DNA of 32,000 nucleotides from Prochlorococcus marinus str. NATL2A (GTDB lineage Bacteria; Cyanobacteriota; Cyanobacteriia; PCC-6307; Cyanobiaceae), in NCBI RefSeq assembly GCF_000012465.1, contig NC_007335.2, positions 1,810,900-1,842,899 of the forward strand. Direction: 5' to 3'. Position numbers and translations under genes: made by a program. The notes beneath the pieces were generated by a model that was not told the origin of the DNA, searched no databases, and worked only from the letters and a program-made list of their open reading frames with translations. Below are positions 9,872 to 19,193 of the stretch, piece after piece (position 1 is the stretch's first letter; every line of letters starts with the position of its first letter).

Positions 9872-10354
9872 ATGAGTTTATCGGGTTTATTGCTCGGTAC
9901 TATGTATTCAATTATTCCTGAAAATTTTCATAATATCGAAGGATTACAAAAAATTATTGTTAATGAAAGTAGCAATTTCACACTTGCAATAAGTATATTT
10001 TTTATTTTATTCTTTGCCTCAGGCCTTGCTGCTGCTTCAGGTGCACCAGGAGGTTTGTTTTATCCAATGCTTACCTTGGGTGGAGCAATAGGTTTAGCAA
10101 GTGGTATTGGAGTCGAGACAATAACTGGGCATGTTCCAACAACCTATATTTTCGCAGGAATGGGGGGATTCGTAGCTGGATGCTCAAGAACCCCTTTAAC
10201 AGCAATGTTTTTAGCCTTCGCATTAACTAAAAATCTTTTAATACTAAAGCCACTATTAATTACATGTATAGCTAGCTTTTTGACTGCCAGAATATTTAAT
10301 GAACACTCAATTTATGAAAGACAAATTACAATTGAAGAAGGAGAATTAATTTAA
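9872..10354 (+). CDS. ClC-family anion channel/transporter, C-terminal half; same frame as 8996..9847, 8 codons after the TAG
   Basis: It is collinear with helices J-R of ClC-ec1 (SGAPGGLFYPMLTLGGAIG, FAGMGGFVAGCSRTPLTAMFLAFALTKNLLILKPLLIT). Both ORFs are in frame 2, and ATG 9872 is the first start after the stop. Confidence 0.65.
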   Translation: MSLSGLLLGTMYSIIPENFHNIEGLQKIIVNESSNFTLAISIFFILFFASGLAAASGAPGGLFYPMLTLGGAIGLASGIGVETITGHVPTTYIFAGMGGFVAGCSRTPLTAMFLAFALTKNLLILKPLLITCIASFLTARIFNEHSIYERQITIEEGELI

Positions 10355-11665
10355 TACTTTATTAAATTGTTTTAATGAATTATTGTGGCTCGTAGAATTA
10401 TAGATCATACATCTAAGACCTATCAATAATATCCAACCTAAGATATTTATTCTGCTATCAAAGAGTGGAATGTCTGTCGCATGAAAACAAATAAGAATTA
10501 ACGTAGAGGTCCACCAAGCTCGATCTACTATAATATTTTTTTGAAGATTTAAATTATTAAATATTCTCTTGAAGGAAGAAATTAATAATAAGCTAAACAC
10601 AAATATATTAATTAAAAAAGAGACTATTATGCCATGACTAATTGCTAATTCTAAAGGCAAATTATGAGAGTGCCCATGAGATAAACCTGTCCTTAAAGGA
10701 TAAATAATTGAAAAAGCTGCTGCCCCCCAACCAAACCATGGTTTCTCAAAAATTAAGTTAAATGCTATTTTCCATTGACCAATGCGCGTTGCTTCAAAAG
10801 GTCTAGTATCAACGAATTGCATATCATTTAGCCTCATCCAAATAGATTCAGGAACAATACTTCTTGCAAATTGTTGAATCCCAAAGTCAAAAAATGGTAA
10901 AACCGCAATAATCACCGGAAGAAAGCAAATAAACATAAAAGGAATTAACCAACTCCATGATGCTGAACCAAAAACTATTGGTAAGGCTAAAAAAATTGCA
11001 CCCCATGCATTTCTAGAGTCAGTCAAAATCATTCCTGAAATAAAAGCAATTAAAAGAGCACATGGAATAGCACGGTTTCTTCCAATAATAAAAGGATGCA
11101 AAACAGACGCCAAACAGAATGGCCATACACCCGATAACCATGCAGCAGTAATATTCGCGTAATCAAACAACCCAGACAATCTGCCTAGTGGCTCTCCTCC
11201 TGGAGAAATAAACCAAATTATTAAACCATCAAAAATCTGCCAAGGCCCTTCCCACCCAAGCCATAGCTGACCAAAGCCTGTTATTAAAACAGGAAGACTT
11301 CCGAAGACAAGCCAAGAAGCACATTTTTTTCTTCTTTCAGGAGTTAGCAAATATGGTTGCAAGCCCCAAAAACACAAGAAGAATGGCAACCAATTAAAAA
11401 GACCAAGCCAAGCTAGCCAGCCGGTATGAGAACGAATTGAACCAATTATCATCAAACAAGTTACGAGCACTAGCGGATAATTCCAGTATTCACTCCAATA
11501 GAGATCTCTTCTTTTAAGACCTCCTTCAAAAAGAGCTACAAGCAAAAATACACAAGAAATTAACGCGCTGGACGGCAAACACAATACAGCTAACTGAAAA
11601 CAAGTCCAGCCAACATTGTCTGAAAAATTATTTTTTAAATTTAGGAAATAAGCATTATTAATCAT
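10346..11665 (-). CDS. O-antigen-ligase (Wzy_C) domain polytopic membrane protein, IctB-like
   Basis: 439 aa with about 10-12 TM spans. The blocks KPWFGWGAAAFSIIYP and HSHNLPLELAISHGII match the O-antigen ligase/IctB-type family. The ATG overlaps the purU stop (ATGA). Confidence 0.65.
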   Translation of the reverse strand: MINNAYFLNLKNNFSDNVGWTCFQLAVLCLPSSALISCVFLLVALFEGGLKRRDLYWSEYWNYPLVLVTCLMIIGSIRSHTGWLAWLGLFNWLPFFLCFWGLQPYLLTPERRKKCASWLVFGSLPVLITGFGQLWLGWEGPWQIFDGLIIWFISPGGEPLGRLSGLFDYANITAAWLSGVWPFCLASVLHPFIIGRNRAIPCALLIAFISGMILTDSRNAWGAIFLALPIVFGSASWSWLIPFMFICFLPVIIAVLPFFDFGIQQFARSIVPESIWMRLNDMQFVDTRPFEATRIGQWKIAFNLIFEKPWFGWGAAAFSIIYPLRTGLSHGHSHNLPLELAISHGIIVSFLINIFVFSLLLISSFKRIFNNLNLQKNIIVDRAWWTSTLILICFHATDIPLFDSRINILGWILLIGLRCMIYNSTSHNNSLKQFNKVLN

Positions 11666-12516
11666 GTAAATACAGCCGTTCTGCCTCTATAAACAATAAC
11701 TTGTCTTTTTAAATGCAATCTTAAAGCTCTTGCTAAAGCGACTCGCTCCAAATCTCTACCCTTTCTTATTAAATCTGATACTTCATCACGATGACTCACG
11801 TTAGATATAGTCTGTTCAATTATGGGACCAGCATCAAGATCCTTAGTGACATAATGCGCTGTTGCACCAATTAATTTTACTCCTCTATCCCAAGCTTGAT
11901 GATATGGTTGAGCCCCTTTAAAAGCAGGAAGGAAAGAATGATGAATATTAATGAGATTTGGAAACTGCTCTAAAAAAGAACTACTTAAAATTTGCATATA
12001 TTTAGCCAAAACACCTAAATCAATGTTGTACTCATGTAGTAAATCTAAAATTTTACTTTCGGAATCTGCTTTATTATTTTTATTTACTTGTATGAGCTTA
12101 AAGGGAATGGAAAAATTCGAGCAAATTTCCTCTAAATCTGAATGATTTGAGATAACTAAAGGTACATTCATACACAATTCGCCTGCCTTAACTCTCCATA
12201 AAAGATCAACTAAACAATGACTCTGCTTACTAACAAAGATTGCAACATTAGGAAAATCATCAGAGAAGCTCAAGACCGCTTTTCCATTCAATCTTTGCTC
12301 CAGTAAATTTACCTCAGAGGTGATTTCGTTTTTATCAAGCAGAAATCCATCTAAATCCCACTCAATGCGACTTAGAAACAATTTTGCATCTGCATCTGTA
12401 TGGTGATCAGCATGTCTAATATTGCCATTTTTACTCGCTATCCAACTTGCCAAATCACTTACAAGTCCTGGCTTATCAGGACAAATGAACTGCAAAATAA
12501 CTGTTTTGATGCTCAC
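11662..12516 (-). CDS. purU: Formyltetrahydrofolate deformylase
   Basis: 284 aa. It has an N-terminal ACT domain (ILQFICPDKPGLVSDLASWIA) and a formyltransferase core (INIHHSFLPAFKGAQPY, GATAHYVTKDLDAGPIIEQ). The start is GTG. Confidence 0.9.
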   Translation of the reverse strand: MSIKTVILQFICPDKPGLVSDLASWIASKNGNIRHADHHTDADAKLFLSRIEWDLDGFLLDKNEITSEVNLLEQRLNGKAVLSFSDDFPNVAIFVSKQSHCLVDLLWRVKAGELCMNVPLVISNHSDLEEICSNFSIPFKLIQVNKNNKADSESKILDLLHEYNIDLGVLAKYMQILSSSFLEQFPNLINIHHSFLPAFKGAQPYHQAWDRGVKLIGATAHYVTKDLDAGPIIEQTISNVSHRDEVSDLIRKGRDLERVALARALRLHLKRQVIVYRGRTAVFT

Positions 12517-12590
12517 TATAGCTATATCCTTAAACTATTCTCTTTTTTAGACCACACATTGAAAATTAACAAGCAAATTTCATAGCATCT

Positions 12591-13703
12591 GTGCAAATGA
12601 ATAGCCAAAAAACAGAAAAGAAACACACCACAATCTCAATTGTTGGAGGTGGGATAGCAGGAATTACAACTGCCTTTCACTTAGGAAAAAAAGGTTATCA
12701 AGTAAATTTAATCGACCCAACATTAAATTCAGAAATAAATAATTTAAATCCAAAAAATGGAACACAAGCTAGTTTGGGTGTTCTCATGGGAAATATCTAC
12801 AAAAGATCAAAAGGAAGAGCATTTTTACTAAGAAAAAAAAGTATGAAATTATGGGAAGAATGGCTTACGCAAATAAACTATTCGGAGAAAGATTTTATTC
12901 TTGAAAAACCATTAATTAAATTAGCAAGTTCAGAAAAAGAGTATCAATCAATGGTTGAATTAAGTCATAATAAAAAAAATTATGGAATTGAACTTTTAAA
13001 TAAAAATTCTTTAGATTTCTGGAATTCTACATTTGAGACAAGATTAATAGGGGGATTAATATCTCGTGAAGATGGTCGATTAAATCCAATAAAGTTAATC
13101 AAGTCATTAATAGAAAGTCTTGATCAAATCAAGATAAATAAAATCTACAAAAGTGTTATTAGCATAAGTAAAAATAGTAATTTAAATGATAAAAGCTGGA
13201 CTATTAACCTTGAAAATAATCAATCTATTAATCAAGATTATATCATCATTTGTTCTGCATTAAATACTCAAAATTTATTAAAACCATTAGGTCATGAAAT
13301 ACTTTTAGAACCAATATTAGGACAAGTTATTGAATTAGAATTAAAAAAAGAAATTCAGAATTGGAAAAAATGGCCTGCAATATTAAATTATCAATCTATA
13401 AACTTTATACACCATGATCCCAATCGCATGCTTATAGGAGCAACTGTCGAAAAAGGAACTAAACCAAGCCTATTAGATAAACAAAAAATGCTAAATCTGA
13501 GAAACGGTTCTCCAAAGTGGATGATCAATGCAAAAGTCAGTCATGAATGGAGCGGAATAAGAGCTAGACCAACTAATGAGGCTGCTCCCTTATTAAAACA
13601 ATTAGAACCAGGTCTATTAATTAATACAGGTCACTACAGGAATGGTGTTTTGTTAGCTCCAGCTTGTGCCGAATGGATTGGACTTCAAATTGAGGGCCAA
13701 TAA
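12591..13703 (+). CDS. thiO: FAD-dependent oxidoreductase of the DAO family, glycine oxidase (ThiO)-like
   Basis: It has an N-terminal Rossmann motif (ISIVGGGIAGITTAFHL) and the C-terminal block GHYRNGVLLAPACAEWI typical of ThiO/DAO enzymes. The start is GTG 12591 or ATG 12597. The functional assignment is family-level. Confidence 0.6.
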   Translation: MQMNSQKTEKKHTTISIVGGGIAGITTAFHLGKKGYQVNLIDPTLNSEINNLNPKNGTQASLGVLMGNIYKRSKGRAFLLRKKSMKLWEEWLTQINYSEKDFILEKPLIKLASSEKEYQSMVELSHNKKNYGIELLNKNSLDFWNSTFETRLIGGLISREDGRLNPIKLIKSLIESLDQIKINKIYKSVISISKNSNLNDKSWTINLENNQSINQDYIIICSALNTQNLLKPLGHEILLEPILGQVIELELKKEIQNWKKWPAILNYQSINFIHHDPNRMLIGATVEKGTKPSLLDKQKMLNLRNGSPKWMINAKVSHEWSGIRARPTNEAAPLLKQLEPGLLINTGHYRNGVLLAPACAEWIGLQIEGQ

Positions 13704-13723
13704 ATATTAATTAATCTATTTAT

Positions 13724-15616
13724 TTATTTTGTCTCTGTAAAGTCTGCATCAATAACATCATCACCATCAACTTTACTATCCGTATTAGAATCTGCTGCGG
13801 CTTGAGAAGCATCATTCGCTTGTTGATATACAGAAGCTCCTAAGGAATACAATTCTTGTTGTAGCTCCTCAACTAGCGTCTTCATGGATTCATAGTCATC
13901 TTTTTCGGTCGCTTCTTTTAACTTAATGCGTTTCTCTTCAACTTTCGCTTTTGCTGCTTCATCAACTTTATCGCCAAGCTCACCGATTTGTTTTTCAGCC
14001 TGATAAACAAGTGTTTCAGCTTGATTTTTAATATCAATTTTTTCACGCTTTTCTTTATCTGCAGAAGCATTCATTTCTGCATCTTTAACCATTTTATCAA
14101 CTTCGTTATCCGACAAAGTGGATGCTCCAGTAATAGAGATACTTTGTTCTTTACCACTTCCTTTATCTTTGGCATTAACACTAAGAATTCCATTAGCATC
14201 GATGTCAAAAGTTACTTCAATTTGCGGCACACCCCGAGGAGCAGGAGGAATTCCATCTAAACGAAAGGTTCCTAGACTTTTATTATCAGAAGCCATCTCA
14301 CGTTCCCCTTGTAAGACGTGAATTTCTACATTGGTTTGACCATCAACTGCAGTTGAGTAAGTCTCAGCTTTTTTAGTGGGAACAGTAGTATTTCTTGAAA
14401 TCATTTTTGTCATCACCCCACCCAAAGTTTCAACCCCAAGTGACAATGGTGTTACATCAAGTAGCAAAATGTCTTTAACTTCTCCAGCAAGAACTCCACC
14501 TTGAATAGCTGCTCCAACAGCTACTACTTCATCTGGATTCACTGTTTGATTTGGATCCTTAGTAGTTACTCTTTTTACTAACTCTTTAACAGCTGGCATT
14601 CGAGTAGAGCCTCCAACCATAACAATCTCATCTATTTCACCAGTAGATAATTTTGCATCTTTCAAGGCTTGCTCTACGGGGACTCTGCAGCGATCAATCA
14701 GGTTTGAGGCCAACTCCTCAAACTTTCCTCTTGTAAGAGTCAAATCAAGATGCTTAGGCCCTTCAGGCGTAGCAGTTATAAATGGAAGATTTATTTCGCT
14801 TTGAGTAGCGTTTGATAATTCTATTTTAGCTTTTTCAGCTGCTTCAGTTAAGCGTTGAAGTGCTTGCTTATCTTGGCGTAAGTCAATGCCTTCATTACCT
14901 TTGAATGTAGAGGCCAAATGATCAACAATTACTCTATCAAAATCGTCACCACCCAAATGAGTATCTCCAGAAGTAGAGAGAACTTCGAAAACTCCATCAC
15001 CAACTTCTAAAACAGATACATCAAAAGTCCCTCCACCCAAATCAAAAACTAAAATTCTTTCATTACTCTTTTTGTCTAGTCCATATGCTAAAGCAGCAGC
15101 AGTTGGCTCATTAATAATTCTTAGGACTTCTAGGCCTGCAATCTTTCCCGCATCTTTAGTTGCTTGTCTTTGTGAATCATTGAAATAAGCAGGAACTGTA
15201 ATAACTGCTTGAGTTACTGTTTCACCTAGGTATTTGCCTGCATCATCAGAAAGTTTTCTTAAAACTTGAGCACTTACTTCCTCAGGAGAAAACTGCTTAT
15301 CAAGTATTGGACATTTTATTTTGACATTGGAGCCTGCTTTTTCAACTCCATAACTAACTTCCTTTGATTCGTCATTTACTTCATCAACTCTTCGACCAAC
15401 AAACCTCTTTGAAGAATAAAAAGTATTTTCTGGATTCATCACCGCTTGGCGCTTGGCAATTTGCCCAACCAATTGGTCTTGATTTTTTGTATAAGCAACG
15501 ACAGATGGAGTTGTTCTAAATCCTTCAGCATTTGCTATTACTGTAGGCTTACCGCCCTCCATTACAGCGACACAACTATTTGTAGTTCCTAGATCGATTC
15601 CGACAACCTTCCCCAT
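13724..15616 (-). CDS. dnaK: Molecular chaperone DnaK (Hsp70)
   Basis: 630 aa. The signatures [17 protein letters not shown] and [10 protein letters not shown] are unmistakable Hsp70. AGGAG (complement of 15627..15631) lies 10 nt before the ATG. Confidence 0.97.
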
Positions 15617-15732
15617 GGGTGAGTAGCTCCTAATTTCTTTCTTTAGCTCACATCCTCGTCAGTGAATCCTGTTTGAGGGGAGGCGTGGTTCCCGAACATT
15701 CTCTTAGCAAATTTGAATCAACATCATCAAAA

Positions 15733-16620
15733 ATGAGTACTATCACTGGAAAAACTAATCTTGTAGGACTTCTTGGACAACCAGTAAATCATTCACTGTC
15801 TCCAATTATGCACAATGCCGCATACGAAGAGATGGGACTAGACTGGTGTTATGTGGCAATGCCTTGCGAGAGTCAAGATTTAGAGAAAGTCACAAAAGCA
15901 TTAAGATTTTTAGACTTCAAAGGCCTAAATATAACTATCCCCCATAAACAAGAGGTTTTAAAGGCTTGCAACAAATTAACTGAAATTTCAAATGAAATCC
16001 AAGCAGTTAATACACTTATACCAGAAGAAAATAATCAATGGATAGGAGCAAATACTGATGTACAGGGATTCTTGACACCATTAAAAGATCATAATTTAAA
16101 GAATAAAAATGTGGTGGTAATAGGTTGCGGAGGCAGCGCTAGAGCAGTAGTAATGGGATTAAGCAGTTTAAATGTTAAAAAAGTAACAATAATTGGTAGG
16201 AACGACAGTAGCTTAAATATTTTTGTGAAAAGCACGCGTAATTTATTATCAAGAAGGGGTATATCAATTGAAAGTATTAATAACAAAGAATTAAATGTTT
16301 CACCATATATTCAAGAAGCCGATTTAATTATCAATACAACTCCAATAGGAATGAATGACAGTAAAACTAACCAAGAAAATGTTCCTCTTGGTCGTGAAAT
16401 ATGGGACTGTCTCTCTAATAAAACTATTTTATACGATTTGATTTATACTCCAAGACCAACAAACTGGTTACAAATTGGGCAACAAAAAAATTGTTTTACA
16501 ATTGATGGGTTGGATATGCTTGTCGAACAAGGAGCTTTTTCAATAAGACTTTGGAGTGGTTTTCATGACGTACCGGTTCAGACAATGAAATCATCTGCAG
16601 AAAAACATTTAATGGTTTAA
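15733..16620 (+). CDS. aroE: Shikimate 5-dehydrogenase
   Basis: The ATG at 15733 gives MSTITGKTNLVGLLGQPVNHSLSPIMHNAAY, a canonical AroE N-terminus. NITIPHK and GCGGSARAV are also present. The ORF-track start at 15673 is a TTG extension into the GC-rich intergenic region. Confidence 0.9.
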   Translation: MSTITGKTNLVGLLGQPVNHSLSPIMHNAAYEEMGLDWCYVAMPCESQDLEKVTKALRFLDFKGLNITIPHKQEVLKACNKLTEISNEIQAVNTLIPEENNQWIGANTDVQGFLTPLKDHNLKNKNVVVIGCGGSARAVVMGLSSLNVKKVTIIGRNDSSLNIFVKSTRNLLSRRGISIESINNKELNVSPYIQEADLIINTTPIGMNDSKTNQENVPLGREIWDCLSNKTILYDLIYTPRPTNWLQIGQQKNCFTIDGLDMLVEQGAFSIRLWSGFHDVPVQTMKSSAEKHLMV

Positions 16621-16642
16621 TCTAAGAAAAATACTATGGGTT

Positions 16643-17101
16643 ATGCCTTCAATAGGAGCCAGATTATTAGGGGTTCTTCTATATATGATTCCATGGTCTG
16701 ACTCTCTTACCTTTGGAAATCATTTATATATAAAATATCCTTTTATTCAAATCATTCAAATACCAGCAATTCCCATAATATTAATTGAAAGATCAATACC
16801 TTTTGGGAGTTTATTATTATTTTTAGCCATCTTTTTTGGTCTGGTCAGAAATAGTAAAGTATCTTATTTTTTACGTTTTAATGCACTTCAATCATTGTTA
16901 ATAAATATTGGAGTAATCATAGTTAGTTTTATTTTCGAGATTATTTTTAGTCCTTTTTCAAACTCATTAATTATCAGAACATTCTCGAGTTCTTTATTAA
17001 TCGGTCTTTTTTTAATGATTGTTTATTCTGTTTGGTCTTGCACACAAGGAAATGAGCCGAATTTGCCGGGAATAAGCCAAGCAACAAAAATGCAATTGTG
17101 A
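16643..17101 (+). CDS. Tic20-family membrane protein (cyanobacterial Tic20 homologue)
   Basis: 152 aa with 4 TM spans. The pattern RLLGVLLYMIPWSDSL...FGLVRNSKVSYFLRFNALQSLLINIG matches the Tic20/HOTT family signature (Y-x-P...V-R-N...RFNA-Q). Confidence 0.7.
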   Translation: MPSIGARLLGVLLYMIPWSDSLTFGNHLYIKYPFIQIIQIPAIPIILIERSIPFGSLLLFLAIFFGLVRNSKVSYFLRFNALQSLLINIGVIIVSFIFEIIFSPFSNSLIIRTFSSSLLIGLFLMIVYSVWSCTQGNEPNLPGISQATKMQL

Positions 17102-17136
17102 AAGTTACCACTTCAGTATAAGATTAATATTCCGTC

Positions 17137-17151
17137 GCTCTAATAAAGAGC
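17137..17151 (+). promoter_or_regulatory. Small hairpin in the rpsF 5' leader
   Basis: GCTCT-AATAA-AGAGC, flanked by TCCG (17131..17134) and CGGA (17166..17169), which could form an outer helix. It lies 29 nt upstream of the rpsF ATG. Confidence 0.25.
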
Positions 17152-17179
17152 CTTGCAGTCCTAGTCGGAAATCTCATTC

Positions 17180-17596
17180 ATGTCTGAACAACCCTATTAC
17201 GAAACCATGTACATTCTTCGCCCGGATATACCGGAAGAAGAAGTTGATAGCCATTTAAAAAAATATAGTGAGATTCTTGAGAAGTCTGAAACGGAAGTAT
17301 TAGATAGTCAAATGAGAGGCAAAAGAAGACTTGCCTATCCCATTGCAAAACATAAAGAAGGAATATATGTGCAATTGAGCCACAAAGGCAACGGACAACA
17401 AGTTGCAACCTTAGAGAGAGCCATGAGGTTAAGTGAGGACGTTATTCGCTACATCACAGTTAAACAAGATGGTCCTTTGCCAACTCCAAAACCAACTTCT
17501 AAAGAAAACGAACCAGAAAAGGAAGAAGTAAAACCTACCGAAGAAAAAACTGAATCACCTTCCAAAGACGAGAAGAAAGAAGACTCTAAGGAATAA
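17180..17596 (+). CDS. rpsF: 30S ribosomal protein S6, with a Lys/Glu/Pro-rich C-terminal tail
   Basis: [16 protein letters not shown]...[18 protein letters not shown] is canonical S6. The last ~40 aa ([38 protein letters not shown]) are low complexity. Confidence 0.95.
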   Translation: MSEQPYYETMYILRPDIPEEEVDSHLKKYSEILEKSETEVLDSQMRGKRRLAYPIAKHKEGIYVQLSHKGNGQQVATLERAMRLSEDVIRYITVKQDGPLPTPKPTSKENEPEKEEVKPTEEKTESPSKDEKKEDSKE

Positions 17597-17631
17597 AAGT
17601 AAAAGCTAACTCAAATTCAAACTTCTTTATT

Positions 17632-18834
17632 TTACTTGTTTATCCAAGACCAAATTCGACTTGGCAATCCCCATACATATATAAATCCTTCAGCGGATTT
17701 GTGATTGAACTTATCCTCACTTCCATAAGTAGACATATCTGAAATATACAAACTATTTTCTTTTGACTTACGACCAATAACATCGACATTACCCTTAAAA
17801 AGCCTAACCCTGACTGTTCCATTGACTTGCTTCTGAGAATAATTAATAAATCCATCCAAAGCTTCTTTTAGAGGACTAAACCAAAAACCTTTATAAACCA
17901 AGTCTGCCCATTGTCGTTCCAGTCTAGATTTAGTATCTAATAAGTCAGCGGGTAAAGTTAAACTCTCAATTTCCTGATGAGCTTTAATTAATAAAAGCAA
18001 TCCTGGAGTTTCATAAATTTCTCGACTTTTAATTCCCACTACTCTGTCTTCAATAATATCCAAACGTCCAAAACCATGCTTTCCTGCAAGGCTATTAGCT
18101 TTTTTGATCAAAGATACTGGCTCCATTTCTTCTCCATTAATTGCAACTGGATAACCATTTTCAAACAAAATATCTGCTATCTCAGGCTCGTTTGGTGAAT
18201 CAGCAATAGAGGAAGTGATGCCAAAAACCTCTTCTGATGGCATCTGAAATGGATCTTCAAGAGGACCGGCTTCAATACTTCTCCCCAAAAGATTCAAATC
18301 AATCGAGTAGGGATTTTTTTTACTTACAGGAGGAACTATTCCATATTTTTCTCCATAGGCAATAGTTTCTTCGCGGCTCATACCCCATTCACGCGCTGGT
18401 GTAAGCAATTGCAAATCAGGAGCTAAAGCTCCAATTGTCACATCAAAGCGAACTTGATCGTTCCCTTTACCCGTACACCCGTGAGCGACTCCATCAGCAT
18501 TTAATTCTCTTGCAATTTCAACAAGTTTTTTTGCAATTAATGGTCTAGCTAATGCAGTTGAAAGAGGATATCTTCCTTGATACAAAGCATTAGACCGAAT
18601 TGCTGGAAAGGCAAAATCTTCAATAAAAGGCTTTACTAAATTGCCAATTAGTGATTGTGAAGCTCCTGCTGAGATAGCCTTTTTTTTGATTTCATCCAGC
18701 TCATCACCTTGTCCAAGATCTGCGGCAAAAGCAATTACATGCTCGACTCCATACTCCTCCTTCAAGTAAGGAATACAAACACTAGTATCGACCCCTCCTG
18801 AATAAGCCAAAACAACTTTGTTAGCCTTTCCCAT
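17632..18834 (-). CDS. argG: Argininosuccinate synthase
   Basis: [18 protein letters not shown] is followed by [13 protein letters not shown]. The ATG at 18834 is preceded by AAGGAG (complement of 18843..18848) at 8-nt spacing, so the 9-codon extension to 18861 in the ORF track is unlikely. Confidence 0.95.
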   Translation of the reverse strand: MGKANKVVLAYSGGVDTSVCIPYLKEEYGVEHVIAFAADLGQGDELDEIKKKAISAGASQSLIGNLVKPFIEDFAFPAIRSNALYQGRYPLSTALARPLIAKKLVEIARELNADGVAHGCTGKGNDQVRFDVTIGALAPDLQLLTPAREWGMSREETIAYGEKYGIVPPVSKKNPYSIDLNLLGRSIEAGPLEDPFQMPSEEVFGITSSIADSPNEPEIADILFENGYPVAINGEEMEPVSLIKKANSLAGKHGFGRLDIIEDRVVGIKSREIYETPGLLLLIKAHQEIESLTLPADLLDTKSRLERQWADLVYKGFWFSPLKEALDGFINYSQKQVNGTVRVRLFKGNVDVIGRKSKENSLYISDMSTYGSEDKFNHKSAEGFIYVWGLPSRIWSWINK

Positions 18835-18967
18835 ATGGTTCGCTCCTTTAAGGAAGTTCAATTCTCTTTAGTAAATATAGAGAACTATTGGACAATATTT
18901 ATGATTTAGATAATCAGTGGTGATTCAAATATTTTCAGGGGCTAAAAATTAGAGATGTGATTCAAAA

Positions 18968-19180
18968 TCATTCCCATGGCTGCTTTATAGATTTTCCTGA
19001 TTGGCGGCTTTCAGTTAAGAATCCTATTAACCACACAGAAACAAAAGCTAAGGAAGTTAACCCAAAAAAAATAAGTACATAAATTAACCAAGCATCAATA
19101 TTATGACCAAAAATCAACAAATCTTGGACATCATTATTAGTAGTGAAAATAAAATAAATTTGTGAAAGCTTAAAAGTCAC
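18968..19180 (-). CDS. Hypothetical small membrane protein (70 aa)
   Basis: It is an open frame with one long hydrophobic span (AWLIYVLIFFGLTSLAFVSVWLIGFL). The only start is GTG, 13 nt after the upstream ORF's stop. No recognisable family. Confidence 0.3.
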   Translation of the reverse strand: MTFKLSQIYFIFTTNNDVQDLLIFGHNIDAWLIYVLIFFGLTSLAFVSVWLIGFLTESRQSGKSIKQPWE

Positions 19181-19193
19181 TTAATAACAAAAA

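Noticed and set aside
15643-15669. CIRCE-like sequence TTAGCTCAC-N9-AGTGAATCC upstream of dnaK (CIRCE consensus TTAGCACTC-N9-GAGTGCTAA).
   Set aside because: The left arm matches 7/9, but the right arm matches only about 4/9. The two arms are not good inverted repeats of each other. In cyanobacteria CIRCE/HrcA is associated with groE genes rather than dnaK.
15673-15732. N-terminal extensions in the ORF track: aroE from TTG 15673, and argG from 18861.
   Set aside because: The conserved protein N-termini begin at the internal ATGs (15733 and 18834). argG has a well-spaced AAGGAG before 18834. The aroE extension is a TTG frame through the GC-rich intergenic island.
17598-17639. Possible bidirectional terminator between rpsF and argG: AGTAAAA...TTTTACT.
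   Set aside because: The 7-bp stem is almost all A/T, the loop is ~25 nt, and the 3' arm lies partly inside the argG coding end. It is not a credible intrinsic terminator.
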